Shown here piece after piece: positions 20,980 through 30,215 of a stretch of 64,000 nucleotides of DNA. Positions within the stretch are counted from its first letter, which is position 1, and every line of letters begins with the position of its first letter. A program made the position numbers and the translations under genes. This stretch comes from Anaeromyxobacteraceae bacterium (lineage in GTDB: Bacteria > Myxococcota > Myxococcia > Myxococcales > Anaeromyxobacteraceae): the NCBI GenBank assembly GCA_032654565.1, contig JAULAX010000015.1, forward strand, positions 960,001-1,024,000. Direction: 5' to 3'. A model generated the notes under the pieces. That model had not been told where the DNA came from. It worked only from the letters and a program-made list of their open reading frames with translations, and did no database searches.

Positions 20980-22163
20980 GTGGCGTCCTGGGTCGGGGCC
21001 GCGGACCGGGCGGCGGCGAACCCGCGCTCCAGGTCCTCGCGCAGGTCGTCGACGTGCTCGATGCCGGCCGAGACCCGGATGAAGCCGTCGGCGATGCCGA
21101 GCGCGGCGCGGGTGGCGGCCGGGACGCTGGCGTGGGTCATGATGGCAGGGTGCTCGATGAGGCTCTCCACGCCGCCCAGCGACTCGGCGCAGGCGAAGAC
21201 CCGCACCGCCCGGAGGAAGGCGCTGGCGGCGGGGAGCCCGCCGCGGATGGTGAAGGCCAGCATGCCGCCGAAGCCGGTCATCTGGCGCGCCGCCAGGGCG
21301 TGCTGCGGGTGGCTGGGGAGGCCGGGGTAGATGACCTGCTCAACCTGGGCGTGCCCCTCGAGGAAGCGGGCCAGGGCGCCGGCGTTCTCGGCGTGCCGGG
21401 CCATGCGGACGTGCAGCGTCTTCAGCCCGCGCAGCACCAGGAAGGAGTCCATGGGCGAGGGCACGCCGCCCACCGCGTTCTGCAGGAACTTGAGCCGGTC
21501 GTGGAGCGCCGGGTCGCCGAGCATGACGGCGCCGCCGATGACGTCGGAGTGGCCGTTCAGGTACTTGGTGGTGGAGTGGGTGACCACGTCGACCCCCAGC
21601 GCCAGCGGGCGCTGGAAGTAGGGGGTGGCGAAGGTGTTGTCGACCACGCTGAGCGCGCCGTGGCGCCGCGCCAGCCCCGCCACCGCCGCCAGGTCGACGA
21701 TCTTGAGCATGGGGTTGGTGGGGCTCTCGATCCAGACCATGCGGGTGGTGGGCCGCAGCCCCCGCGCCACGGCGGCCGGGTCGGTCATGTCCACGTAGGA
21801 GAACTCGAGCCCGTGGCGCCGGAAGACCTTGTCGAAGAGCCGGAAGGTGCCGCCGTAGACGTCGTCGCTGGCCAGCACGTGGTCGCCGGCGGAGAGCAGG
21901 TGGAGCAGGGCGTCGGTGGCGGCCAGCCCGGAGGCGAAGGCCAGGCCGAAGGGCGCCCCCTCCAGCGCGGCCAGGCAGTCCTGCAGGGCGTGGCGGGTGG
22001 GGTTCTGGGTGCGGCCGTACTCGAACCCCTTGTGGTTCCCCGGCCCGTCCTGGACGTAGGTCGAGGTCAGGTAGATCGGGGTCATCACCGCGCCGGTGGT
22101 GGGGTCGGGCGGCTGGCCGGCGTGGATGGCCAGCGTCTCGAAGCGGCTCTTCTGGTCGGCCAT
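20976..22163 (-). CDS. Cystathionine gamma-lyase/gamma-synthase
   Basis: YGRTQNPT, FASGLAA, DVYGGT, ESPTNP, DNTFATP, HSTTKYLNGHSD, ESLGGVESL. Confidence 0.93.
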   Translation of the reverse strand: MADQKSRFETLAIHAGQPPDPTTGAVMTPIYLTSTYVQDGPGNHKGFEYGRTQNPTRHALQDCLAALEGAPFGLAFASGLAATDALLHLLSAGDHVLASDDVYGGTFRLFDKVFRRHGLEFSYVDMTDPAAVARGLRPTTRMVWIESPTNPMLKIVDLAAVAGLARRHGALSVVDNTFATPYFQRPLALGVDVVTHSTTKYLNGHSDVIGGAVMLGDPALHDRLKFLQNAVGGVPSPMDSFLVLRGLKTLHVRMARHAENAGALARFLEGHAQVEQVIYPGLPSHPQHALAARQMTGFGGMLAFTIRGGLPAASAFLRAVRVFACAESLGGVESLIEHPAIMTHASVPAATRAALGIADGFIRVSAGIEHVDDLREDLERGFAAARSAAPTQDAT

Positions 22164-22191
22164 GGCGTCCTCTGCGCGGCGAAAGCGCCGG

Positions 22192-23574
22192 CTACCTCAT
22201 CCGCTGGCCGAGGAAGTCGATGAGGTCGATCTTGGTGAGGATGCCGGTCACCGAGTCGCCCTCGCGGACCACCGCGACGTTGTCGTCGTTGAAGATCTCG
22301 CGCAGCTTGGAGAGCGGCGTGTCGGGGCCGACCGTGCCCTGCAGTGGCTGCACCAGCGGCTCCACCACCTCGGAGAGCCGGTGCTTGCCCTCGATGAGGA
22401 AGTTGAGCAGGTCGTACTCGTGGATCATGCCGATGACCCGCCCGCCGTCGTCGACCACCGGCATCTGCGAGATGTCGTGCTCCTTGAGCTTCTTGACCAC
22501 CACCTCGACCTTGTCGGTCCGCCTGGCGGTGATCACCGCGCCGCGCCGGGCGCCGAGCACGTCCTTGACGGTGGCGGTGGAGACCGAGGGCCCGCCGTCG
22601 GAGACCGGGAAGCCGTTGTCGCGCATCCACTCGTCGGAGAAGAACTTGGAGATGTAGCTGCGGCCGCCGTCGGGGAGCGGCACCACCACGGTCTTTCCCG
22701 CCCCCAGCTCGGCCGCCACCTGCACCGCCACGTGGACCGCGGCGCCGGAGGAGCCCCCGGCGAAGATGCCCTCCTCGCGGGCCAGCCGCCGGGCCATGGC
22801 GAAGGCCTGGGCGTCGTTCACCTGGCGCACGTCGTCGAGCACCGAGAGGTCCATGGCCCCGCACATCATGTCCTCGCCGATCCCCTCCACCTTGTAGACG
22901 TGCGGGGTGGAGAGCTTCCCGGTCTTGAACATCGAGTGGTAGACGGAGCCGACCGGGTCGGCGCCGACGCAGCGGATGGCCGGGTTCCTGGCCTTGAAGA
23001 AGCGGCCGCAGCCGCTCATGGTCCCGCCGGTGCCGACGCCGGCCACGAAGGCGTCGAAGGCCCCGCCGGTCTGCTCCCAGATCTCCGGGGCGGTGAGCTG
23101 CTGGTGGGCCTCGATGTTGTCGGGGTTGTGGTACTGGTTCAGGTAGAAGCTGTTGGGCGTCTCGGCGGCGATGCGGCGGGCCACCGAGTAGTAGCTCTCC
23201 GGCGACTCGGCCGGCACGTTGGTGGGGGTGACGATCACCTGGGCGCCGAGGGCCTTGAGCGTGTCCTGCTTCTCCTTCGACATCTTGTCCGGCATGGTGA
23301 AGATGCAGCGGTAGCCCTTGACCGCCGCGGCCAGCGCCACCCCCACCCCGGTGTTGCCGCTGGTGTTCTCGACGATGGTGCCGCCCGGCTTGAGCAGCCC
23401 GGTCCGCTCCGCCTTCTCGATGATGTGGAGGGCCATGCGGTCCTTGATGGAGCCGCCCGGGTTCAGGTACTCGAGCTTCACCAGCACCGTCGCCGACCCC
23501 GGCCCCACCACCTTGCCGAGCTTCACCAGGGGGGTCTGGCCGATCGCGGAGAGGACGTTCTCGTGGTAGGCCAT
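22192..23574 (-). CDS. Cystathionine beta-synthase with C-terminal CBS pair
   Basis: From ATG 23574: KLEYLNPGGSIKDR, TSGNTG, GVGTGGT, VEGIGED, GGSSG, PDGGRSYISK; two CBS domains. Confidence 0.93.
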   Translation of the reverse strand: MAYHENVLSAIGQTPLVKLGKVVGPGSATVLVKLEYLNPGGSIKDRMALHIIEKAERTGLLKPGGTIVENTSGNTGVGVALAAAVKGYRCIFTMPDKMSKEKQDTLKALGAQVIVTPTNVPAESPESYYSVARRIAAETPNSFYLNQYHNPDNIEAHQQLTAPEIWEQTGGAFDAFVAGVGTGGTMSGCGRFFKARNPAIRCVGADPVGSVYHSMFKTGKLSTPHVYKVEGIGEDMMCGAMDLSVLDDVRQVNDAQAFAMARRLAREEGIFAGGSSGAAVHVAVQVAAELGAGKTVVVPLPDGGRSYISKFFSDEWMRDNGFPVSDGGPSVSTATVKDVLGARRGAVITARRTDKVEVVVKKLKEHDISQMPVVDDGGRVIGMIHEYDLLNFLIEGKHRLSEVVEPLVQPLQGTVGPDTPLSKLREIFNDDNVAVVREGDSVTGILTKIDLIDFLGQRMR

Positions 23575-23604
23575 GGGCGTGCTCCGAGGCAGGAAGTTCG
23601 AGCC

Positions 23605-23633
23605 CTTATAGGCGTGGGGCCGGGGGGCGTCAA
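23605..23633 (-). promoter_or_regulatory. sigma70 promoter of the cbs-cgl-rlmI operon
   Basis: TTGACG-17 nt-TATAAG on the minus strand, 30 nt upstream of ATG 23574. Confidence 0.65.
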
Positions 23634-23664
23634 ACGCGCGCCGGCCCGGTCGAGGAGGCCGAGA

Positions 23665-24708
23665 GTGAGCCAGGATCCCGCCACCGAAGAGCGCGTCCGA
23701 GGCGCGGTGGCCCGCGCCACCGGCCGGGACGCCCGGGCACTCCCGGTGAAGCGGCTGGCCGGCCACGCCTCGATGCGCAGCTACTGGCGGGTGGGGGCCG
23801 CGCCGGCCTCCTGGGTGGTGATGGTGATGCCGCCCGACGCCGGACCGGAGGAGGTCACGGTGGGCGGGCCGCCGCCGGTCGATCCCTTCGTCGACGTGCA
23901 GCGCTACCTGGCCGGCCTGGGGGTGCGGGTGCCGGCCATCCTGGCCTTCGAGGAGCCGGCCCGGCTGATGGTGCTGGAGGACCTCGGCGACGACATGCTG
24001 GAGACCCGGCTGCTGGCCGGCGACGACCGGGCCGGCCTCTACCAGCGCGCCGTCGACCAGCTGGCCCGGCTGCGGGCGGCGGCCGAGGCGCGCCCGGGGG
24101 GCTGCGTGGCCTTCTCCCGGGCCTTCGAGGCCGGCCTCTACCGCTGGGAGCTCGACCACTTCCGCGAGTGGCTGCTGGAGGCCTGGCGGGGGGCCACCCT
24201 CACGCCGGACGAGCGGGCCGAGCTGGACGGCTGGTTCGACCGGCTGGCGGCGGCGCTGGCGGCCGAGCCCCGCGGCTTCACCCACCGTGATTACCAGTCA
24301 CGCAACCTGATGGTGCTGCCCGGCGGCGAGCAGGCGGTCATCGACTTCCAGGACGCGCTGCTCGGCCCGCGCCAGTACGACCTGGTGGCCCTGCTCCGCG
24401 ACAGCTACGTGGAGCTGCCGGCCGACTTCATCGAGGCCATGCTGCGGCGTTACCTGGTCCGGCTGGAGGCCGAGGGGGGGCCGCGGCTCGAGTACCGGCC
24501 CTTCCGCGAGACCTTCGACCTGCTCACCGTGCAGCGCAAGCTCAAGGACGCCGGCCGCTTCGTCTTCATCGACCGGGTGCGCGGCAACCCCGGCTTCCTG
24601 GTCTCCATCCCCTCGTCGCTCCGCTACGTGCGCGAGGCCCTGGCGCGGCGGCCGGACCTGGCGCCGCTGCAGCGGCTGCTGGGGCGCCACGTCCCGGAGC
24701 TCATCTAG
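23665..24708 (+). CDS. amgK: Aminoglycoside phosphotransferase-family kinase, AmgK-like (anomeric MurNAc/GlcNAc kinase)
   Basis: GTG 23665 after GAGGAGG; LAGHASMRSYWRV, LEDLGD, HRDYQSRNLM, IDFQDALLGP..YDLVALLRDSY, QRKLKDAGRF. Confidence 0.78.
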   Translation: MSQDPATEERVRGAVARATGRDARALPVKRLAGHASMRSYWRVGAAPASWVVMVMPPDAGPEEVTVGGPPPVDPFVDVQRYLAGLGVRVPAILAFEEPARLMVLEDLGDDMLETRLLAGDDRAGLYQRAVDQLARLRAAAEARPGGCVAFSRAFEAGLYRWELDHFREWLLEAWRGATLTPDERAELDGWFDRLAAALAAEPRGFTHRDYQSRNLMVLPGGEQAVIDFQDALLGPRQYDLVALLRDSYVELPADFIEAMLRRYLVRLEAEGGPRLEYRPFRETFDLLTVQRKLKDAGRFVFIDRVRGNPGFLVSIPSSLRYVREALARRPDLAPLQRLLGRHVPELI

Positions 24709-24736
24709 GCAGGGGGCAGGTCGGCCCCCGCCGGAC

Positions 24737-26350
24737 CTACTCCGCCCCCACGCCCAGGTAGGCGCGCAGCTTCTCCGATTCGAACTTGCGGGCCGCGTCC
24801 GGCTCGGGCGAGAGCAGCGAGGCGATGATGCCGGCGGCGAAGGCGGCGGTCATCGAGAAGATGGCCGGGTTCTTCATGGGGAAGATGGCCTGCTCGAAGT
24901 GGAAGAGGTCCACCCAGACGGTCTTGGAGAGGACGATCATCCCCACCGAGGAGACGGCGCCGACCAGGATCGACCAGACCGCGCCCCAGGTGGTGAAGCG
25001 CTTCCAGACGATCGACATCAGCAGGGCGGGGAAGTTGGCGCTGGCGGCGATGGCGAAGGCCAGGCCGACCATGAAGGCGACGTTCTGCCCCTGGAAGGCG
25101 ATGCCCAGCGCCACGGCGACGATGCCGAAGATCACCGTGGCGATCTTGGCCGCCTTGACCTGCTCCTCCTCGGTGGCCCGCCCCTTCTTGATGACGCTGA
25201 CGTAGATGTCGTGCGAGTAGGCCGAGGCGCCGGCCAGGGTCAGGCCGGCCACCACCGCCAGGATGGTGGCGAAGGCCACCGCGGCGATGAAGCCGAGGAA
25301 GGCCGAGCCCCACATCACCTCGGCCAGCAGCGGCGCCGCCATGTTGCCGCCCTTGTCGAAGCCGGAGATCACCTGCTGCCCGGAGGCCAGCAGCGACCCG
25401 TCGACACCCTTCACCGAGAGCAGCACCGCGGCGCCGAAGCCGACGATGGGGATGATCACGTAGAAGTAGCCGATCAGGCCGGTGGCGTAGAGCACCGAGA
25501 CCCGGGCCGCCTTGGCGTCGGGCACGGTGTAGAAGCGCATCAGGATGTGGGGCAGGCCGAGCAGGCCGAACATCAGCGCCAGGCCGAGCGAGATGGCGTC
25601 GAGGGGCGACGTGGTGAGGTCGCCGGGGACCAGCAGGTCCTGGGTCGGGTAGAGGTCGGTGGCGGCCCGGTAGAGGGCCGGCAGGCTGAAGCCGAAGTGG
25701 GAGAGGACCAGCACCGTCAGCACCGAGACCCCGCAGAGCAGCAGCACCGCCTTGATGATCTGCACCCAGGTGGTGGCCAGCATGCCGCCGAAGAGCACGT
25801 AGAGGAGCATCACCGCGCCCACCAGCAGCTCGGCCAGCACGAAGGGCATGCCGAACATCAGCGCGATCAGCGAGCCGGAGCCGACCATCTGGGCGATGGT
25901 GTAGAAGATGGTGGTGAGGATGCCGCCCACCGCCGCGGCGATGCGGACCGGCCCCTGGCGCAGCCGGTAGGCCACCACGTCGGCGAAGGTGAACTTGCCG
26001 AGGTTGCGGAGCGGCTCGGCCACCAGGAACATCAGCGCCGGCCAGCCCATCAGCCAGCCGGTGGCGTAGATCATCCCGTCGTAGCCCTTGAGCGCCACCA
26101 TCCCGGAGATGCCGAGGAAGGAGGCCGCCGACATGTAATCGCCGGCCAGGGCGAAGCCGTTCTGCAGCGCCGAGACGCTGCGCCCGGCCGCGTAGTACTC
26201 CGACGAGGTCTTGGTCTTGCGGGCCGCCCACCAGGTGATGACCAGGGTGATGAGGACGATGAGGAAGAAGAAGCCGATGGAGGCGAAGGTGGGGTGGCCG
26301 AGCGAGGACTGGGAGGCCGGGGCGGCGGCGGAGGCGGCGGCGGGAGGCAT
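24737..26350 (-). CDS. actP: Cation/acetate symporter ActP (SSS family)
   Basis: QNGFALAGDYMSAASFLGI, AEPLRNLGKFTFAD, ATTWVQIIKA, GLPHILMRFYTV, GGNMAA, AFATILAVVAGL. Confidence 0.9.
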   Translation of the reverse strand: MPPAAASAAAPASQSSLGHPTFASIGFFFLIVLITLVITWWAARKTKTSSEYYAAGRSVSALQNGFALAGDYMSAASFLGISGMVALKGYDGMIYATGWLMGWPALMFLVAEPLRNLGKFTFADVVAYRLRQGPVRIAAAVGGILTTIFYTIAQMVGSGSLIALMFGMPFVLAELLVGAVMLLYVLFGGMLATTWVQIIKAVLLLCGVSVLTVLVLSHFGFSLPALYRAATDLYPTQDLLVPGDLTTSPLDAISLGLALMFGLLGLPHILMRFYTVPDAKAARVSVLYATGLIGYFYVIIPIVGFGAAVLLSVKGVDGSLLASGQQVISGFDKGGNMAAPLLAEVMWGSAFLGFIAAVAFATILAVVAGLTLAGASAYSHDIYVSVIKKGRATEEEQVKAAKIATVIFGIVAVALGIAFQGQNVAFMVGLAFAIAASANFPALLMSIVWKRFTTWGAVWSILVGAVSSVGMIVLSKTVWVDLFHFEQAIFPMKNPAIFSMTAAFAAGIIASLLSPEPDAARKFESEKLRAYLGVGAE

Positions 26351-26380
26351 GAGGTCGGGCTCCGGAGGGATGGGGTGGCG

Positions 26381-26722
26381 CTACCGCTTCAGCTGGGCCT
26401 TGAGCCGCTCCACCTCGGGGTCGTAGGCGCGGTTGGCCCAGACCACGTAGATGGCGGTGAGGACCCACGCGAAGACCAGGGTGCCGATGCCCAGCACCAG
26501 GCCGACGTTGGTGATGGCGTCGGGGGCGTCGGAGATCCGGCGAGCCACGATGGCCGGGCTGGTGGCCACCAGCAGGATGTAGCCGTAGTACCCGAGGAAG
26601 AGCAGGGCCAGGAGCGAGAAGCTCACCGTCCAGCGGGTCCGAACCAGCGCCCGGAAGTCCGGGGATTCGATCAGCTCGGTGGCGGTCTTGCCGCCGTCGT
26701 CGGCCCTGGCGGGGCTGCTCAT
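26381..26722 (-). CDS. DUF485 (YjcH-like) small membrane partner of ActP
   Basis: FRALVRTRW, two TMs, YVVWANRAYD; directly upstream of actP; GAGGAGA RBS. Confidence 0.88.
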   Translation of the reverse strand: MSSPARADDGGKTATELIESPDFRALVRTRWTVSFSLLALLFLGYYGYILLVATSPAIVARRISDAPDAITNVGLVLGIGTLVFAWVLTAIYVVWANRAYDPEVERLKAQLKR

Positions 26723-26786
26723 GGTCTCTCCTCGAGGTGGGGCGATGCGGGTTCGGCGGATCCAGATAACAGAAAGATTGCGACGC

Positions 26787-26801
26787 GCATAGCAATTGCC
26801 A
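26787..26801 (-). promoter_or_regulatory. Putative sigma54 (-24/-12) promoter for DUF485-actP
   Basis: Minus-strand TGGCAATTGCTATGC: GG-N10-GC spacing matches TGGCACG-N4-TTGC; about 65 nt upstream of ATG 26722. Confidence 0.5.
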
Positions 26802-27011
26802 ATGGCAAATTGAGCAGTCGCTGACGTGTATCAATCATTGCTCACCACGCCAGTCGACGATGCCGACCGACGCAACCGCTGCACGCAGGAGCTGCGGCGC
26901 GAACGCATCGCTGTCGTCGGGGTGCGCGGCTTTGTCAGCGCCGGGTGCCACCAGCGCGCAGGCCCTGGCGCTGGGCGGCGCAGGCCGGCTGGCGTAAGCT
27001 CTCGCTCCCGG

Positions 27012-28814
27012 ATGGCCTCCCTCGACCCCGTCGCCTTCCTCCGCGCCACGCCCCCCTTCGACGTCCTGCCGGCGGCGCTCTTCGACGACGCCGCCGCCTC
27101 GCTGGAGATCGGCTACGACCCGGCCGGCGCCATGCTGGTGCGCGTCGGCGCCGAGCCGCTGCAGCACCTCTACGTCATCCGCAAGGGCTCGGTCCGGCTG
27201 GAGCGCGACGGGCAGATCCTGCAGGTCCTCGAGGAGGGCGAGACCTTCGGGTACACCTCGCTGATCACCGGCAAGGCCACCCTCGACGTGCAGGTGGAGG
27301 ACGACCTGCTCGCCTACCGGCTGCCGGCGGCCCAGTTCCAGCGGCTGCTCGGCGACGCCAAGTTCGCCGGCCACTTCGCGGTGGGGCTGTCGCAGCGGCT
27401 CAAGAGCAGCCTCGAGCACTCCCCGGTCACCACCTTCAAGGCCGACCTGCAGCTGGAGGTGGCGGCCCTGCTCCGCCGCCCGGCCAGCTGGGTGGAGGCC
27501 GACGCCACGGTGGGCGAGGCGGCGCGGGTGATGCGCGACCGGCGCATCTCCTCGGTGCTGGTGCGCGGGGACCCGCCCGGCATCGTCACCGACCGCGACT
27601 TCCGCAACCGGGTGCTGGCCGAGGGGCTGGGGCCGGCCACCCCGGTGAGCGCCATCGTCTCCCGCCCGCTGCGCGCCGTGGACGCCGCCACCCCGGTCTC
27701 GGCCGCCTGGACCACGCTGCTCGACACCGGCAGCCACCACCTGCCCATCCGGCGCGGCGAAGAGATCATCGGGGTCCTCACCTCCACCGACCTCCTCAAG
27801 GTCCACGCCCCGGGGCCCATGGCGGTGCTGCGCCGGGTGGAGCGGCTGGCCGACCGGTCCGGCCTGCCCGGCTACGCCGCCATGGTGACCGAGATGGTGT
27901 CGGCGCTGCTGGCCGGCGGGCTGGAGGCCGACCTGATGGCCGGGTACGTGGCCCGGCTCGACGACGCCCTGCTGCGCCGCCTGCTGGCCTTCGCCGAGGC
28001 CGACCTGGGCCCGCCGCCCGCGCCCTACGCCTGGGTGGTGATGGGCTCGGAGGGTCGGATGGAGCAGACCCTGCTCACCGACCAGGACAACGCCCTGGTC
28101 TTCGACGACGAGGGCGAGCCGCAGCGGGCCTGGTACCAGGCGCTGGCGGAGCGGGTCAACGCCGACCTCGAGGCGGCCGGCTTCCCGCCCTGCCAGGGCG
28201 GCTACATGGCCCGCCACTGGCTGGGGACGGTCTCCGACTGGGTGCAGCGCTTCGCCGGCTGGTTCGAGGCCCGCACACCGCAGGAGCTGCTGGTGGCCTC
28301 CACCTTCTTCGACTTCCGCAGCGTCGGCGGCGCGCTCGACCTCGAGCCGCTGGAGGCGGCGCTGCGCGGCACCGCCCAGCACCCGGTCTTCCTGCGCTAC
28401 CTGGCCCGCGCCGCCCTCGACCTGCGCCCCCCCAGCTCGCTGCTGCTGCGGCTGCGCGAGTCGACCGAGCTCGACCTGAAGATGCAGGGGCTGGCCCCCA
28501 TCGTGCTGCTGGCCCGCTGCTACGCCCTGGAGATCGGCTCGCCGGAGCGGAACACCCACGCCCGGCTGGCGGCGGCGGTGAAGGCGGGCCTGATGAGCCC
28601 GGAGGTCTTCAACGTGGTGGGCGAGGCCTACAAGTTCCTGCTCGGCCTGCGGCTGCGGCGCCAGCTCAAGCTGGTCGCGGCCGGCAAGGCAGCCATCAAC
28701 AGGGTGGCCCTCAGCGACCTCACCGCCCTGGAGCGCAGCCGCCTCAAGGACGCCTTCCGGGCCATCAAGGGCTGGCAGGACATGGCCGCCTACCACTACC
28801 AGGCCTCCTTCTGA
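27012..28814 (+). CDS. cNMP-CBS-CBS-nucleotidyltransferase (DUF294/DUF294_C) protein, copy 1
   Basis: LYVIRKGSV...LEEGETFG (cNMP); GIVTDRDFRNRVLA and HHLPI...GVLTSTDLL (CBS); GSEGRMEQTLLTDQDNAL (GlnD-like NT); FFDFR, LDLK..GLAPIV. Confidence 0.9.
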   Translation: MASLDPVAFLRATPPFDVLPAALFDDAAASLEIGYDPAGAMLVRVGAEPLQHLYVIRKGSVRLERDGQILQVLEEGETFGYTSLITGKATLDVQVEDDLLAYRLPAAQFQRLLGDAKFAGHFAVGLSQRLKSSLEHSPVTTFKADLQLEVAALLRRPASWVEADATVGEAARVMRDRRISSVLVRGDPPGIVTDRDFRNRVLAEGLGPATPVSAIVSRPLRAVDAATPVSAAWTTLLDTGSHHLPIRRGEEIIGVLTSTDLLKVHAPGPMAVLRRVERLADRSGLPGYAAMVTEMVSALLAGGLEADLMAGYVARLDDALLRRLLAFAEADLGPPPAPYAWVVMGSEGRMEQTLLTDQDNALVFDDEGEPQRAWYQALAERVNADLEAAGFPPCQGGYMARHWLGTVSDWVQRFAGWFEARTPQELLVASTFFDFRSVGGALDLEPLEAALRGTAQHPVFLRYLARAALDLRPPSSLLLRLRESTELDLKMQGLAPIVLLARCYALEIGSPERNTHARLAAAVKAGLMSPEVFNVVGEAYKFLLGLRLRRQLKLVAAGKAAINRVALSDLTALERSRLKDAFRAIKGWQDMAAYHYQASF

Positions 28815-28851
28815 CCGGCGCCGCCGGGCCGGCCGCGGAGTAGGATGAGTC

Positions 28852-29451
28852 GTGCTCTTCTCGTCGCCCGCCTGGGACTCGGTCACCTACTGGTCACTCG
28901 ACATCGAGACCGGGGGGCTCGACCCCAGGCGCGATCCCATCATCGCGCTCGGCATGCTCCCCATCCGCGCCGGCATCATCCGGCTCGGCGAGGCCTACCG
29001 GACGCTGGTGCGCCCCGAGGCCGGGCGGGAGATCAGGCCGGAGTCGGTGCCGGCCCACCAGCTGGTGCTCGGCGAGGTGCGTGACGCCACGCCGCTGCCG
29101 GAGGTGCTGGCCGAGGTGGACCGGCGGGTGCGCCAGGGGGCGCTGCTGGTGCACCACCAGGGGATCGACGTGGCCTTCCTGAAGCGGGCCTTCGCCCGCC
29201 ACCGGCTGCGCTGGCCGGCGCCGCCGGTGGTGGACACCGTCGAGCTGCTCCTCAAGCTGAACCGGCGCAGGCGCTTCACCGACCCGGCCCCGTCGGGCGA
29301 CGGACCCAGCGTCAACCTGGGCGAGGCCCGGCGCCGGCTCGGCCTCCCCGACTACCAGGCCCACGAGGCCCTGACCGACGCCATCGCCACCGCCGAGCTC
29401 TTCCTCTGCCTGCGCGCGGCGCTCAACGCCCGCACCCTCCGCCAGCTCTGA
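28852..29451 (+). CDS. Stand-alone DEDDh 3'-5' exonuclease-fold protein (DnaQ-like), copy 1
   Basis: ExoI LDIETGGLD, ExoII HHQGIDVAFL, VDT, ExoIII HEALTDAIATAELF. Confidence 0.88.
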   Translation: MLFSSPAWDSVTYWSLDIETGGLDPRRDPIIALGMLPIRAGIIRLGEAYRTLVRPEAGREIRPESVPAHQLVLGEVRDATPLPEVLAEVDRRVRQGALLVHHQGIDVAFLKRAFARHRLRWPAPPVVDTVELLLKLNRRRRFTDPAPSGDGPSVNLGEARRRLGLPDYQAHEALTDAIATAELFLCLRAALNARTLRQL

Positions 29452-29467
29452 CCCCGGTGAACCGACC

Positions 29468-30211
29468 GTGAAGCTCGCCCTCTTCGCCGACATCCACGCC
29501 AACCTCGAGGCCCTCGAGGCCTGCCTGGCGCACGCCGGCGAGCAGGGGGCGGAGGAGGTGGCCTTCCTCGGGGACCTGGTCGGCTACGGCGCCGATCCGG
29601 GAGCGGTGCTGGAGCGGATCCGGGCCCGGGCGGCGGGCGGGGCGGTGGTGGTCCGCGGCAACCACGACGCCGCGGTGGCGGCGGCGGGCGGCGACACCAT
29701 GAACCGCAGCGCCGAGGCGGCGGTGGACTGGACCCGGCGCCAGCTCGACGAGGGGCAGCTGGCCTTCCTGGCCGGGCTGCCGCTGCTGGTCCGGCGCCAC
29801 GACGCCTGCTTCGTCCACGCCAGCGCCGACCGGCCCGCCGACTGGACCTACGTCCAGGACGCGCTCCGGGCCGCCCAGAGCCTGGCGGTGGCCGGCGCCA
29901 CCTGGGTCTTCTCCGGCCACGTCCACCAGCAGGCGCTCTACCACCTCACCCCGGCCGGCTACGCCAAGCCCTTCAAGCCGCTGCCCGGCGTGGTCATCCC
30001 GGTCTCGGCCCGCCGCCCCTGGCTGGCCGTGGTCGGCTCGGTGGGCCAGCCGCGCGACGGCAACACCGCCGCCTGCTACGCCCTCTTCGACACGACGCGG
30101 GCCACCCTGACCTTCCACCGGGTGCCCTACGACTGGCCGGCGGCGGCCGCCAAGATCCGGGCCGCCGGCCTGCCCGAGTCGCTGGCGCTCCGGCTGGAGC
30201 GGGGGGAGTGA
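29468..30211 (+). CDS. Calcineurin-like metallophosphoesterase
   Basis: ADIHANLEAL, LGDLVGYG, RGNHD, HAS, GHVH, GSVGQPRDG. Confidence 0.92.
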   Translation: MKLALFADIHANLEALEACLAHAGEQGAEEVAFLGDLVGYGADPGAVLERIRARAAGGAVVVRGNHDAAVAAAGGDTMNRSAEAAVDWTRRQLDEGQLAFLAGLPLLVRRHDACFVHASADRPADWTYVQDALRAAQSLAVAGATWVFSGHVHQQALYHLTPAGYAKPFKPLPGVVIPVSARRPWLAVVGSVGQPRDGNTAACYALFDTTRATLTFHRVPYDWPAAAAKIRAAGLPESLALRLERGE

Positions 30212-30215
30212 GCCG

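Noticed and set aside
28852..29451. Calling the DEDDh proteins dnaQ, or treating the NT + nuclease pair as a CBASS/toxin-antitoxin defence system
   Set aside because: There is no Pol III-binding tail and the genes are duplicated next to transporters. The NT is GlnD-like with cNMP/CBS domains, not CD-NTase or MNT-HEPN, and there is no defence-island context.
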